Below, piece by piece: positions 41,723 to 53,675 of a DNA stretch of 64,000 bases; position 1 is the stretch's first letter; every line of letters begins with the position of its first letter. The DNA comes from an uncultured Acidobacteriota bacterium. GTDB taxonomy: Bacteria; Acidobacteriota; Blastocatellia; RBC074. Under the pieces are notes generated by a model. The model searched no databases. It was not told the origin of the DNA and was given only the letters and a program-made list of their open reading frames with translations. Location of the stretch: contig CAWCKY010000001.1 of the NCBI GenBank assembly GCA_963796275.1, positions 224,001 through 288,000 on the forward strand. Reading direction: 5' to 3'. Position numbers and translations under genes: made by a program.

Positions 41723-41743
41723 AATATTTTTCTTCTTAAACTA

Positions 41744-42346
41744 TTATTCGCGGTGTTTGATCACCTGATCGATGATCCCATATTCCTTAGCCTGACTGGC
41801 CCCCATAATCCGGTCCCGTTCGACATCGCGTTCGATCGCTTCTACCGTCTGCCCCGTATGAAATGCGAGGATTTCATTGAGACGTTCGCGCAATCGCAGT
41901 ATCTCTTCCGCCTGAATTTTAATATCCGTCGCCTGCCCTGATATCCCGCCCGCAGAGGGTTGATGGATGAGAATTCGGGAATTCGGTAGCGCGAACCGCC
42001 TGCCTTTGGTCCCGGCAGCGAGCAGAACGGCGGCCATCGATGCGCACTGCCCGATACAGAAGGTCGTTACCGGGCACCTGACAAACTGCATCGTGTCATA
42101 GATCGCCATTCCGGCAGTGACGGCTCCGCCCGGCGAATTTATATAAAGCGATATCTCGCGATCGGGATCTTCCGATTCGAGGAAGAGCATCTGTGCCACG
42201 ACGAGGTTCGCGATAATGTCGTCGATCGGCACTCCGATGAAGATGATATTGTCTTTGAGCAGACGCGAGTAAATATCGAACGCGCGCTCGCCGCGCGCCG
42301 TCTGCTCGACGACCATTGGCACTAAATGAGCGTTTGGATTAATCAT
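41744..42346 (-). CDS. clpP: ATP-dependent Clp protease proteolytic subunit
   Basis: [27 protein letters not shown]. Confidence 0.98.
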   Translation of the reverse strand: MINPNAHLVPMVVEQTARGERAFDIYSRLLKDNIIFIGVPIDDIIANLVVAQMLFLESEDPDREISLYINSPGGAVTAGMAIYDTMQFVRCPVTTFCIGQCASMAAVLLAAGTKGRRFALPNSRILIHQPSAGGISGQATDIKIQAEEILRLRERLNEILAFHTGQTVEAIERDVERDRIMGASQAKEYGIIDQVIKHRE

Positions 42347-43701
42347 ACAGCTTCCTGTTCTTCGGTCTTCGTTTCAGTCTGATTTTCAATATCCGGTTCT
42401 TCACTGAGTTCTGTTAATGTGACCTCGGCGCTTTCTGTAATGACCCCCAGCGCCTTTTGATTGATCAACCTGCTCTCGATACTAGAAAGCGACTCTTCCT
42501 TTGTCAAGCGCGCTTTCAGTTGTTCGTATCGTTCGCCTCTCTCGTGCGCCATCCGCGCGATCTCTTGATCGATTTCCTCCGGCGTTGCTTCGATCCCTTC
42601 GGCATTTGCGATGCGGGCGAGCACGATATAAGTCCGCATATCGGCCACCGCTTGCGCGCGCAAACCTTTCATCTGCTCTTCCCAGTTCATCGCTCTGATC
42701 GATTCGGGCGAATATCCCCGGCGCATCAGGTCGTAGCTGAACTCGCGCGCCAGCTGGGTCGCCTGCTCATCGACCAGCGAATCGGGCACCTCGAAATCGT
42801 ATCCGCTGATGACCTGCGACAGGAGCTCATTGCGCAATCTCATATCGGCATGAAGTTCGGCGGTTCGATTGAGGTCTGCGTTTATTTCCTCGCGCAGCTG
42901 TTGGAGGGTCTCGCGCTCGCCGTATTCCTGGGCAAATTCGTCGTCGAGTTGGGGCAGCTCCAGTTTGCGAACGGCGACTACATCGGTGGTGAAGTCGACG
43001 CTCTTTCCCGCCAGCCTTTTCGTTCCGAAGTTTTCGGGATAATTTACGCGAAACTCGCGCTTATCGCCCGCTTTGACGCCGCGCAGGTTTTCGTTGAACT
43101 CAGCTTGCACGTCATCGGACCCCAGTTTGATCTGGGCGTCATCGGTTTTAATGGCTTCGGCATCCGGTTCATCGACGAATTTACCGGTGAGATTGACCGA
43201 AACAAAATCGCCGTCTTCCGAGGGGCGGTCTTCGATCGGAATGAATTCGGCGGAATTTTCGCGCCACCGCTCGAGGGCCGCGTCGACATCTTGTTCGGTT
43301 ACGCGCGCCAACGGCTTATTTGCTTTCAGCCCTTTGTAAGGTATGAGCTCGAAGTCGGGCAGGACTTCGATGCTCGCCTTGAACCTGAGCGGTTCGCCTT
43401 CATCGAATTTGACTTCGCCAATGTGGGGTTGTCCGATGATATTAAGATTGCGATCGACGACGGCGTGTTGTAATGCGTGTATCATCAGGCGCTCGAGCAC
43501 ATCGTCTTTGACCTCTTTAGCGAAGCGTTGTTTGACAACTCCGCGAGGCACATGGCCGGGGCGGAAGCCGGGCACGCTAACTCTTCGAGCCAAATTCTCG
43601 TAGGCTTTCTCGAACTCCGCTTTCACTTCGGCCGCGTCAACTTCGATACTCAGATCCTTCTTTGATTGCGAGATGTCCGCGACGTCAACTGCCAATTTCA
43701 A
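42343..43701 (-). CDS. tig: Trigger factor
   Basis: [10 protein letters not shown] ribosome-binding motif, FKBP-like domain, position upstream of clpP; probable TTG start at 43701. Confidence 0.95.
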   Translation of the reverse strand: MKLAVDVADISQSKKDLSIEVDAAEVKAEFEKAYENLARRVSVPGFRPGHVPRGVVKQRFAKEVKDDVLERLMIHALQHAVVDRNLNIIGQPHIGEVKFDEGEPLRFKASIEVLPDFELIPYKGLKANKPLARVTEQDVDAALERWRENSAEFIPIEDRPSEDGDFVSVNLTGKFVDEPDAEAIKTDDAQIKLGSDDVQAEFNENLRGVKAGDKREFRVNYPENFGTKRLAGKSVDFTTDVVAVRKLELPQLDDEFAQEYGERETLQQLREEINADLNRTAELHADMRLRNELLSQVISGYDFEVPDSLVDEQATQLAREFSYDLMRRGYSPESIRAMNWEEQMKGLRAQAVADMRTYIVLARIANAEGIEATPEEIDQEIARMAHERGERYEQLKARLTKEESLSSIESRLINQKALGVITESAEVTLTELSEEPDIENQTETKTEEQEAV

Positions 43702-43903
43702 CTTAATTCCGCCTTTCTTCTTTATTGATTTCTCCGTATCTCTTTCTTCGCGCCCGTGCCGCAGTGGCTGATCTCGGTGGTTCGAAGTAGTAGGCAAGGA
43801 TGTAATATGGGGAAGCATTAGCGGATCGAATCTCGTCAAAGAAACTTTTCAATCGCACCTCATGCGCATCTCAACGTCGCTTGCGCTCCCCCGTACTGTA
43901 TAG

Positions 43904-43986
<83 letters not shown>

Positions 43987-43991
43987 AGATC

Positions 43992-44059
43992 ATTGCTACT
44001 CTGATTGCTACTCTGATTGCCACTCTGATTGCCACTCTGATTGCCACTCTGATTGCCAC
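43992..44059. repeat. 12-bp tandem repeat ATTGCYACTCTG, about 5.7 copies
   Basis: Read directly; starts 5 bp from the tRNA 5' end. Confidence 0.95.
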
Positions 44060-44214
44060 ACGATAGCAAGCCGATAAGTAGAGAGTCAGAGAGACTAACA
44101 AATTTCGCATGGTGGCGCAACCAATGCGCACGAAGCGGTTTGACAGCGACTTGCGTGCAACCTATAAACTAATGGCACATTCCGAATGACGATCAATAAG
44201 AGGGGGGGATTGCG

Positions 44215-44670
44215 ATGACATTCCTGGATCGGATCAACGGCGACCTGGTGGCCGCAATGAAGAATAAAGAGGCCGAGCGCCTCTCGACCCTGCGCATGGT
44301 GAAGACCGCCATCAAGAACCGCGAGATAGAGAAGATGTCGCCAATCAGCGACGAAGAGGCGATCAAGATATTGCAGTCGCTCGTCAAGCAGCGGCGCGAT
44401 AGCATTGAGCAATATAAACAGGGCGGTCGCCCGGAACTCGCCGAAAAGGAAGCGGTCGAGATCAAAATCATTGAAGAGTATCTACCCGCCGCCTTAGACG
44501 AAGCTGCGATCATCAAAATCGTCGAGGAAGCTATCGTTCAGACCGGCGCCAGCTCGATGAAAGACATGGGAAACGTCATGAAAGACGTCATGGCCAGGCT
44601 CGCCGGGCAAACCGTCGACGGTAAAGCAGTCAATCAAATCGTCAAGTCGAAGCTGGGAGATGCCGGCTGA
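44215..44670 (+). CDS. GatB/YqeY domain protein
   Basis: AMK...[31 protein letters not shown]. Confidence 0.92.
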   Translation: MTFLDRINGDLVAAMKNKEAERLSTLRMVKTAIKNREIEKMSPISDEEAIKILQSLVKQRRDSIEQYKQGGRPELAEKEAVEIKIIEEYLPAALDEAAIIKIVEEAIVQTGASSMKDMGNVMKDVMARLAGQTVDGKAVNQIVKSKLGDAG

Positions 44671-44854
44671 TGCGGAACAAAGATTTCCATAGCGTCGTAA
44701 GCCGATCTGTAAGGCAGCGTTATTTTATCAATTTGCCGAAAAACCGCTGCTCTCTGTTTGACGGCAGGGTGCAACGAGATTGATTGTGATGATCGGGGTT
44801 GAAATATGATGATTTGCGAATAGCCGATCGAACTTTAGGAGACAAATAACTGCG

Positions 44855-45025
44855 ATGAAAACTTTCCTGCTAGCCGCGTATGCGATTCTCAGCCTCTATG
44901 CGATCTCTGACGTGCTGAAATCGTCGCGCGACTGGGCAACCAAGGTTGTATTGGTGGCTATCATTTTAATCCCGTTCGTCGGCGCCGGCCTCTATCTATT
45001 CGCCTTCCGAGATAAGGGTTACTAA
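44855..45025 (+). CDS. Small 2-TM membrane protein (PLDc N-terminal-like), 56 aa, not in the ORF track
   Basis: AGGAG RBS; MKTFLLAAYAILSLYAISDVLKSSRDWATKVVLVAIILIPFVGAGLYLFAFRDKGY, with the D...K...P.VG..LY pattern. Confidence 0.7.
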   Translation: MKTFLLAAYAILSLYAISDVLKSSRDWATKVVLVAIILIPFVGAGLYLFAFRDKGY

Positions 45026-45199
45026 CGAGAACAAAATTCACCTCAAAAATTATTAACCGGTAAAAACTATAAACTTAAATCGCGAATTTGTACTTTATTT
45101 GTCCGGTTTATGATTTGCGGTGGATTTTGCTCTGAGTCGCTTAATTTATTGAGTTGTCATGGGGGCTTGCGCTTGGTATGTTATCCGAAGTAAATTTAG

Positions 45200-45214
45200 T
45201 AAGAATAATTCTCA
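45200..45214. promoter_or_regulatory. Fur/PerR-like 7-1-7 inverted repeat
   Basis: TAAGAAT-A-ATTCTCA, one mismatch from a perfect palindrome, upstream of the SOD gene. Confidence 0.4.
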
Positions 45215-45380
45215 CCCCCGCGTCATTTCCCCTTGCCTAGTTGCTCCAACCAACAATGCGCATTCATACATTTATGGAGGCGTTAATGGTTTGGATTTCG
45301 ATGGGGGAATCAATAATAAACACGAGGACACTGTAGCCACACGGCGTGGATATTATTCTGCGCTGCGAAGGAGAAACCAA

Positions 45381-46133
45381 ATGAGCAACATTTCCAGACG
45401 CAAAGCGATTGAAACCATGACTCTCGGCAGCGTTGCGCTGCCGTTTGCCAGCCTGGTGACGGGTGAAGCCCAGACCCCGCCGGCTGCGGCCCAATCCAAT
45501 CAGATCAAGGCTTTTGCGGGCCAACATCAACCGAAGCCGCTGCCCTTCAATCCGGCGAAGCTCAATGGCCTCTCTGAGAGGTTGATCAAATCACATTGGG
45601 AGAATAACTACGGCGGGACGGTTAAAGCGCTCAACACGGTTGAGCTGAAGCTGGCAACGATGGTGAACGATAAGGACCTCCCGGCATATATGTATGGCGA
45701 TTTGAAACGCGAGGAGTTGATCCGCACCGGGTCGGTTATTATGCACGATCTCTATTTCGGCAACCTCGGCGGTGAGGGCAAACCGGGTAGCGAAATCCTG
45801 TTTGCGATCAGGCAGACCTGGGGCAGCTTTGAACAATGGGAAGTGGAATTCAAAAAGACGGGAAATGCGCTCGCCGGCGGATCGGGATGGGTCACTCTCG
45901 GGTATAACTTCCACACCGGCGTATTGCACAATTACTGGGGCTGGGATCATATGCATAACGCCCCGTTCAGCTGCCCGCTGCTAGTCATGGATATGTACGA
46001 ACATGCCTATGCTATCGATTTTGGCGCGGCCGCCGCAAAATACGTCGATGGCTTTATGCTCAACGCTGATTGGGAAGAAGTCAATCGCCGGTATAAGCGA
46101 GTGATGAAGGCGACCCAGGAATTGACCGTCTAA
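45381..46133 (+). CDS. Fe/Mn superoxide dismutase (ChrC-like subtype) with Tat signal
   Basis: AAGGAG RBS; SRRKAI leader; metal ligands in SHWENNY, HDLYF and DMYEHAY; GSGW. Confidence 0.88.
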   Translation: MSNISRRKAIETMTLGSVALPFASLVTGEAQTPPAAAQSNQIKAFAGQHQPKPLPFNPAKLNGLSERLIKSHWENNYGGTVKALNTVELKLATMVNDKDLPAYMYGDLKREELIRTGSVIMHDLYFGNLGGEGKPGSEILFAIRQTWGSFEQWEVEFKKTGNALAGGSGWVTLGYNFHTGVLHNYWGWDHMHNAPFSCPLLVMDMYEHAYAIDFGAAAAKYVDGFMLNADWEEVNRRYKRVMKATQELTV

Positions 46134-46202
46134 CTGGGGGTAATACCGGATACTAGGAAGCCTCATAATAACAGCGCTGAAATTATTACTATTATCTTCA
46201 CC

Positions 46203-46258
46203 AACCGTCGGGACGCCGTCTGCTATTTACTTGCGTCAACGGCGTCCCAGCGGTTTTC
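46203..46258 (+). terminator. Putative intrinsic terminator after the SOD gene
   Basis: GGGACGCCGT / ACGGCGTCCC stem followed by a T-rich tract. Confidence 0.5.
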
Positions 46259-46417
46259 TGTCAAATTGCACCCAACTTTATAAGCTGCTGTCTTTTCTAA
46301 CCTTTTTACGCCTGCCTCTTGTCAGCCATACAGATTGAAGCTCGGCCTCTATAGGATGTACTGGACTCCGTATCCGTGCGGGGGAGAGAATAAGAGCACT
46401 GAAAGAGGAACAAAACC

Positions 46418-47440
46418 ATGCATGTATCAACGAAATCCGTTGGGGTTTCTCGTTTCGCTATTCATCGATCGGTCTCGCAATCGAATCCCGACAGGTTTGC
46501 CTATGATGTCCGGCTCGGATTGTCCAAAGAGCCGAAATCTTTAGCGCCCAAATATTTCTACGACGCGCTCGGGTCGCAGCTATTCGAGGCGATCTGCCTC
46601 CTGCCCGAATATTATCTTACGCGCGCCGAGGCCGAAATTTTCCAATCTCATGCGATGGAGATCATCGCGCCGATGTATGCCGCGCTTCCCACGTTTGGCT
46701 CGGTTGGTATCGTCGAACTGGGGAGCGGCAGTTCGGTCAAGACAAGGCTATTGATCGAAGCGATCAGGGCGCGGCAAGATCGATTGCATTACCGCCCGAT
46801 TGATATTTCGGCGACGATCCTCGAACAGAGCGCGAGTAAATTGCTGGGAGATTACCCGGATTTATATATCACGGGCCATGTCAGCGATTACACGCAGGGC
46901 TTGAGCTCCATAGTCAGGCGCGATGGCGAGAGGATTTTGGTACTCTTCCTCGGCTCCAACATCGGCAATTACACCCCGGATGAAGGCCGGGCGCTTCTCG
47001 TTCAGATTCGCCGCGCCCTACGTCCTGGCGATGGATTACTGCTCGGAGCCGATTTGAGGAAATCTCCCGGCATTATCGAGCCGGCATACAATGACGCCCT
47101 GGGAGTGACGGCGGCTTTCAATCTGAACCTTTTATTACGCATGAATCGCGAGCTGGATGCGAATTTCGCCCCAGATCGCTTTCAACATCACGCGTATTAC
47201 AACGAACGCGAAGGGCGGGTTGAGATCTTCATCCGAAGTCGCGTCTGGCAGAAAGTCGAGATCAACAAAATCGGATTGCAGCTGGAGTTTCGCGAAGGGG
47301 AGTTGATCCATACCGAAAACTCGTATAAATACGATCCGGAGCAGCTTGAAGCGTTGGCTCGGGAGACGGGCTTTAAATCACAACGGACCTGGCTCGATTC
47401 GGAGAAGCGATTCAGCTGCAATTTCTGGGCTGCCGATTGA
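46418..47440 (+). CDS. egtD: L-histidine N-alpha-methyltransferase
   Basis: [56 protein letters not shown]. Confidence 0.93.
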   Translation: MHVSTKSVGVSRFAIHRSVSQSNPDRFAYDVRLGLSKEPKSLAPKYFYDALGSQLFEAICLLPEYYLTRAEAEIFQSHAMEIIAPMYAALPTFGSVGIVELGSGSSVKTRLLIEAIRARQDRLHYRPIDISATILEQSASKLLGDYPDLYITGHVSDYTQGLSSIVRRDGERILVLFLGSNIGNYTPDEGRALLVQIRRALRPGDGLLLGADLRKSPGIIEPAYNDALGVTAAFNLNLLLRMNRELDANFAPDRFQHHAYYNEREGRVEIFIRSRVWQKVEINKIGLQLEFREGELIHTENSYKYDPEQLEALARETGFKSQRTWLDSEKRFSCNFWAAD

Positions 47441-47449
47441 TCCGATACC

Positions 47450-48124
47450 GTGCTGATTTCTATCATCATTCCCACCCTGAACGAGAGGACCACCATGCGC
47501 GATGCGGCGGTCTCGCTCGCCGGCCTGTCCGGCGAATTCGAGGTCATCGTCGTCGATGGTGGCAGCGATGATGGAACAGTCGATATCGCTGTTGAATGCG
47601 GTTTGACGATAATCGACGCACCACGCGGGCGCGGCCATCAGATGAATGCCGGCGCGGCTCGGGCGAAAGGCGATGTATTGGTTTTTCTGCATGCCGATAC
47701 GCGATTGCCCGCGAACGCCCTGCTTTATATCGAAAAGGCGTGTGAGGATAAGCGGGTTTGCGGCGGCAATTTCCGCCTGAGATTCGATGGCGACACGATC
47801 AGCGCCCGGGCGTTGAGTCTGCTCTATCCTTTTTTGCGATTGGGAGGCATGTGTTATGGCGATTCGGCTCTCTTTGTGCGGCGCGCAATCTTCGAGAAGT
47901 CCGGGGGATATCGCAATTATCCGATTTTCGAAGATTGCGATCTCTATCGCCGGATGAAGCGAATGGGTAGATTCGTGCGGTTGCCCGCAGAGGCGGCGAC
48001 CTCATCGCGTCGATTCGAGGGCCGGTTCGTCCGCACCTTCGCGTTCTGGTCCGTACTTCAGATTCTCTACTGGCTGGGGGTCGATCCGGTAGTGCTCGGG
48101 AGACTTTATAAGCCTGTTCGTTAG
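47450..48124 (+). CDS. GT2 glycosyltransferase resembling the TIGR04283 (rSAM/selenodomain- or arsenosugar-associated) family
   Basis: [47 protein letters not shown]. Confidence 0.82.
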   Translation: MLISIIIPTLNERTTMRDAAVSLAGLSGEFEVIVVDGGSDDGTVDIAVECGLTIIDAPRGRGHQMNAGAARAKGDVLVFLHADTRLPANALLYIEKACEDKRVCGGNFRLRFDGDTISARALSLLYPFLRLGGMCYGDSALFVRRAIFEKSGGYRNYPIFEDCDLYRRMKRMGRFVRLPAEAATSSRRFEGRFVRTFAFWSVLQILYWLGVDPVVLGRLYKPVR

Positions 48125-48189
48125 CTGTGAGTCAAAGATTTTCAGCTTATCATCTCATCTCTCGCACATTTCTAGATATCGGCGTCAAG

Positions 48190-48780
48190 TTAAAGACGCG
48201 GCGTGACCAATCCGACTTGGTCCTGATATTTACCTGAGCGGTCTCCGTAGGATACCTCGCAATCCTCGTCAGACTCGAAGAAGGTCACTTGAGCGATGCC
48301 TTCGTTGGCGTAAATACGGATCGGCAGATCGGCGGAGTTGGAAAATTCGAGCACCAGCCGCCCGCGCCAGCCTGGTTCGAGCGGCGTCGTATTCACAATC
48401 AATCCGCTGCGCGCATAAGTGCTCTTCCCGACACAAAGCCCTATCACTCTTCGCGGCATATTGAATGTCTCCACCGTCACCCCGAGCGCATATGAATGGG
48501 GAGGTAGGAGCCAGTACTGTGATCCGTCCTCGGTTACCCGCAGCGGCGATTCGACAAGGGAATTCTCATCGAAGTTTTTGGGATCGATCTCTGCGCTCGC
48601 GATCGGGGAAAATACCCGAAATCCATCCTGGGCGAGCCGCATATCATAACCATAGGAAGATATTCCCGATGATATGATTCTCCTGCCCTCGACTTCGCGC
48701 ACCAGCCTCTCCTGAAACGGCGTGATCATCCCCTGCTCACGGCACATCCCCAATATCCACCGGTCAGATTTAACGCTCAT
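48190..48780 (-). CDS. dcd: dCTP deaminase
   Basis: KSDRWI, SSYGYD, GKSTYAR.G, TPLEPGW.G, YANEGIAQ, GKYQ.Q. Confidence 0.95.
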   Translation of the reverse strand: MSVKSDRWILGMCREQGMITPFQERLVREVEGRRIISSGISSYGYDMRLAQDGFRVFSPIASAEIDPKNFDENSLVESPLRVTEDGSQYWLLPPHSYALGVTVETFNMPRRVIGLCVGKSTYARSGLIVNTTPLEPGWRGRLVLEFSNSADLPIRIYANEGIAQVTFFESDEDCEVSYGDRSGKYQDQVGLVTPRL

Positions 48781-48872
48781 TAATTTAGCCCTTCCTAAAA
48801 TAAAATTGTCAGTATTCGGGGGTACATTACGTGATCTCGATCAGCGACTGAAACTGGAATCTGGAAACAATC

Positions 48873-48901
48873 TTGACACTCCAGAAGTGCGTTTCTATAA
48901 T
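48873..48901 (+). promoter_or_regulatory. Consensus sigma70 promoter for the HU/IHF gene
   Basis: TTGACA - 17 bp - TATAAT. Confidence 0.85.
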
Positions 48902-48990
48902 TCGCCCTGATTTAGCATAGTAACCTCAAATCAACGAAACAGATAAATGTGATATAGCGAAGTTCTTCCTTAATTGGAAGGGGAGGTAAT

Positions 48991-49254
48991 GTGATTAAAC
49001 TAGACATCATTAACAATGTCGCGGAAAAGACCGGTGTTCCGAAAATGAAAGCGGAAGTTGCGGTTGAGGCTCTCTTTGAAGCTATGAAGGATGCGATGAA
49101 GCGAGGGGAGCGCATCGAGTTGCGCGGCTTCGGCGTTTTCGTAGTAAAACCTCGTAAACGCGGCATTGGGCGCAACCCGCGCACTGGGACTCAGGTAGCG
49201 ATACCTGAAGGCAAGACGATTCGCTTCAAACCCGGAAAAGAACTGCAATCATAA
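48991..49254 (+). CDS. HU/IHF family DNA-binding protein
   Basis: GERIELRGFG.F, GRNPRTG, RFKPGKEL; GGAGG RBS. Confidence 0.93.
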   Translation: MIKLDIINNVAEKTGVPKMKAEVAVEALFEAMKDAMKRGERIELRGFGVFVVKPRKRGIGRNPRTGTQVAIPEGKTIRFKPGKELQS

Positions 49255-49289
49255 TTTTCTAGCTCACACTTTCACTCTTTGACTCTACC

Positions 49290-49325
49290 GGCGGCTCCCG
49301 ATGGTCCGGAGCCGCTATTTTTTTT
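49290..49325 (+). terminator. Intrinsic terminator after HU/IHF
   Basis: GCGGCTCC / GGAGCCGC stem followed by T8. Confidence 0.85.
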
Positions 49326-49725
49326 GTCTGTGCAGTTGCAGGCAGGGTGGAATCAAAAGCAAGAAGCGGTAAAAGCGACAAAAATTCCAAGCTTTTTGTC
49401 GCTTCATACCGCGTCTCTCTTTTAACTTTTTCCGTCTTTTGGCTTATTTCTTGGCTACCCGCCGGCATAGGGGCGGCTAGAGATCATCCCAGCAAAGCTC
49501 TTAATCCCAAATCTAGAGAATCGGCTCTCCTTCCCTCCTTCTCCTGCGCTTTCGCACTAAACCAGATAAGGAGACATACCGATCACATACGTTAATCGCG
49601 AAAGCTGAGTATATTATGGTGACCGAGTTGCCATTTGTCCAACTCATTGTTCTAATCCATCCAATCAATTATGCTAATGGCTTGTATGTCGATATCAAGG
49701 CAGGAGACCTGAGGGGGGGTAAAAA

Positions 49726-50655
49726 ATGGAAATGTCGCAACTGCGCACATTCAGGGCAGTGGCTGAGACGCTCAATTTCACGCGAGCGGCGGAACGGCTG
49801 AATTTGACGCAATCGGCCGTCAGTCATCAGATCAAAGCGCTCGAAGAAGAGCTAGGTGAGCCGCTCTTCATACGCGCCAAGCGCGGAGTAAAATTATCGC
49901 AGGCAGGCAAGACAGCTCTCGAGTATGTAGAGCGGATACTCGACGGCGCCGAGGAATTAAGGGAGAGAATATCCGGCCGCGAGCGTTACCCGATAGGCCG
50001 TGTGCGGGTGGCGGCAGCCACACAGGCTCTCGTGCATTTATTTGCGCCGCTTTTCGAATCGTTTATGGATTCGCATCACGGCATCGATCTTTCATTTAGA
50101 ACCACGGTCAGCACCGAGCAGACAGTCGCCGATATATTGAACGGAGCTGCTGATGTCGGGTTCGCATCATTAGCGGTCTACTCGCCGAATTTGCAGGTGA
50201 CCAAGCTTTTTGATGACGAACTGGTTTTGGTGGTGAGCACGGACCACCGGCTGGCGAAGAAGCGCGCGGCAACGATCGAAGAGATTCATCAGGAGAAACT
50301 GATTCTATTCGAACGCGGGGCATCTATTCGCCGCGCGACCGATCAGTTCTTCGATCAGATCGGAGTGCGGCCCGGTCTGGCGCTCGAATCGAATGACACA
50401 TATTTCATCAAGCGGATGATCGAGCGTGGTCTTGGGGCTTCGCTGCTGCCGAGTTGGGCGATCCGGGATGAAGTGCAGGCCGGCAAGCTGGCTCAGCTGC
50501 AGATCACTGGCCATCGCCTGCGCCGATCGGTCTCAATGGTTTCGCTCGGGCGCTTTCAGCCTTCACCGACGAGGGCATTTATCGATTTTATCTTGCGCCA
50601 AAAAGACAGGCTGCAAATGATGGCCGATGGCGAGAAGCGACTGAAATCTGCTTGA
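49726..50655 (+). CDS. LysR family transcriptional regulator
   Basis: HTH NFTRAAERLNLTQSAVSHQIKALEEELGEPLF plus substrate-binding domain. Confidence 0.95.
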   Translation: MEMSQLRTFRAVAETLNFTRAAERLNLTQSAVSHQIKALEEELGEPLFIRAKRGVKLSQAGKTALEYVERILDGAEELRERISGRERYPIGRVRVAAATQALVHLFAPLFESFMDSHHGIDLSFRTTVSTEQTVADILNGAADVGFASLAVYSPNLQVTKLFDDELVLVVSTDHRLAKKRAATIEEIHQEKLILFERGASIRRATDQFFDQIGVRPGLALESNDTYFIKRMIERGLGASLLPSWAIRDEVQAGKLAQLQITGHRLRRSVSMVSLGRFQPSPTRAFIDFILRQKDRLQMMADGEKRLKSA

Positions 50656-50703
50656 GAAGGCTGGACTTAACAAGCTCAAATCTTAAATTTGAGATTTAAC
50701 GTA

Positions 50704-51156
50704 ATGAGAATCATGGCGATCGATTACGGGTCTAAAGCGATCGGAATTGCCATTTCTGATGAATTGCAATTAACCGTGCGCCCGTTAACGACGATCAGGC
50801 GCAGCCGCAAAAAATATACGCGCGTGATCGAGGAAATCTGCTCACTGGCCGGCGCAAACGAAATCGGCGTATTGGCTGTGGGCTTACCCCTCAATATGGA
50901 TGGGACTCGCGGCGAGGCGGCCGCCCGCGTCGAAAAGTTCATTGGCGACTTGCAAATTCGCCTTGCCATCCCCATTGTTATGGTCGATGAAAGGCTAACC
51001 TCATATGAAGCAGACCGGATATTACGCGACCGGGGTGTGAGAGAACGGCGCGCACGGTCTGATGAATACGCTGCTGCTATCATCCTGCAAGATTATCTGG
51101 ATCAGGAAGAGCGCAGGCATAAAACTGAGAGCGCACCATCTCAGTCCTCACAATAA
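50704..51156 (+). CDS. ruvX: YqgF/RuvX putative pre-16S rRNA nuclease
   Basis: MAIDYG...IGIAISD, VGLPLNMDG, DERLTS, AAAIILQ. Confidence 0.92.
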   Translation: MRIMAIDYGSKAIGIAISDELQLTVRPLTTIRRSRKKYTRVIEEICSLAGANEIGVLAVGLPLNMDGTRGEAAARVEKFIGDLQIRLAIPIVMVDERLTSYEADRILRDRGVRERRARSDEYAAAIILQDYLDQEERRHKTESAPSQSSQ

Positions 51157-51165
51157 ATTTATAAA

Positions 51166-52254
51166 ATGAATAAGATTCCACGAAAAAAGTCCTGGCTGGG
51201 CTTGGCATTCAGAACATTACTCGTTCTCTTTACCTTTCTATTCATATCGACGGTCGCGGGCTGGTTTTGGTTGAGCCAGGAGATCGATCGCCCGCACACT
51301 CACGAGGCGGCAGACAGGACGATCACGATCGAACAGGGGACCGGAACGGGCGCTATTACCGAACGTCTCAATAAAGAGGGAATTCTGGCGAGCCCCTGGC
51401 CCACTCGTATATGGCTGCGAACGATCGCACGCAATCAGAGTTTCAAGGCGGGGGAATATGAATTCAAATCGCCCATTTCCCCCCGCCAGGTCATAGATAT
51501 TCTGGTGCGAGCCGTCATCGCAACGCGCGAGTACACGATACCCGAAGGCTACAACCAATATGACATAGCGCGGGTGCTTGCGGGACTGACGGCAATAAGA
51601 CAGCAGGAATCGAGTCCGGAAAAGGTCTTGCGATTGTTCAAGAAGACGAGTCTCGTCGCCGATATCGATCCGGAAGCTCAGACGCTCGAAGGCTATCTAT
51701 TCCCGGATACCTATGAATATTCGCCCAACACTACGCGCGAGCAGCAGGTTGATGCGATGGTCAAGCGGTTCCGTAAAGTATATACGCCAGAGATGCAAAA
51801 ACGGGCCAAGGAACTGGGGATGACATCGCGTCAGGTCATCACGCTTGCCTCGCTCATCGAAAAAGAGGCGAGGGTCGACAGTGAACGCGAGCTCATCTCA
51901 TCGGTCTTCCACCGGCGCTTGAAGCTGGGAGCCCCGCTGGCTTGCGATCCGACGTTGATCTATGCAGCGTTGCTCGAGAATAAATATCGGGGAAAGATTT
52001 ACAGGAGCGATCTCGAGCGCAAGTCTCCATACAACACATACAAGAACGCCGGGCTGCCTCCCGGCCCGATAGCCTCGCCGGGGCGTCGCTCGATCCAGGC
52101 TGCGCTCTTCCCGGCCGATACGGACTATCTATTCTTCGTCGTCGATGTCACAAAGAACGACGGCTCGCATAAGTTTTCATCCAGCTCGAGAGATCACGAT
52201 GCGGCGGTCAAGCGTCTGCGGGAACAGGAACGCGAGCAGAGTTCACAGCGCTGA
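51166..52254 (+). CDS. mltG: Endolytic transglycosylase MltG
   Basis: TIPEG, LEGYLFPDTY, LASLIEKE, SPYNTY...GLPPGPIASPG. Confidence 0.95.
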   Translation: MNKIPRKKSWLGLAFRTLLVLFTFLFISTVAGWFWLSQEIDRPHTHEAADRTITIEQGTGTGAITERLNKEGILASPWPTRIWLRTIARNQSFKAGEYEFKSPISPRQVIDILVRAVIATREYTIPEGYNQYDIARVLAGLTAIRQQESSPEKVLRLFKKTSLVADIDPEAQTLEGYLFPDTYEYSPNTTREQQVDAMVKRFRKVYTPEMQKRAKELGMTSRQVITLASLIEKEARVDSERELISSVFHRRLKLGAPLACDPTLIYAALLENKYRGKIYRSDLERKSPYNTYKNAGLPPGPIASPGRRSIQAALFPADTDYLFFVVDVTKNDGSHKFSSSSRDHDAAVKRLREQEREQSSQR

Positions 52255-52406
52255 ATCGGCTTTGCATGATCGAGGAAATATCCTCACGCGAAGTCGCAAA
52301 ATAGAAGAGAAGGGCAAAGAGGATTTATCGATATCTTCATCTTTGCCACTTCTCTTCTTTTTCTTTAAGTTTGAGTCTTTGCCGCTTTTTGCGAGGTTCA
52401 TTCGCG

Positions 52407-53417
<1,011 letters not shown>

Positions 53418-53675
53418 ATTAATTGCAAATCGATAATTGAACGTGTAAAAGGGAGACGCAAATCTATACCATCAAACAATTGCCATCAACTGACAAACGT
53501 AGATTAGCAAGTTTCGCCAGGGACAGATCACGCTTGAAAAAAGTCGGTTTGAGGAGATTCGGCGGATTGGAAATGAACAGGAAGATGTGAGGCAGGAAAA
53601 AAGGCGCTTTTAACCGCCTCACACGTTCCTCTTTAAAAATCGGAAAGACTGTCAATGATATCTTTAGATAATGAT

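Noticed and set aside
45159-45380. N-terminal extension of the SOD ORF
   Set aside because: The strong RBS and Tat motif point to ATG 45381 as the real start.
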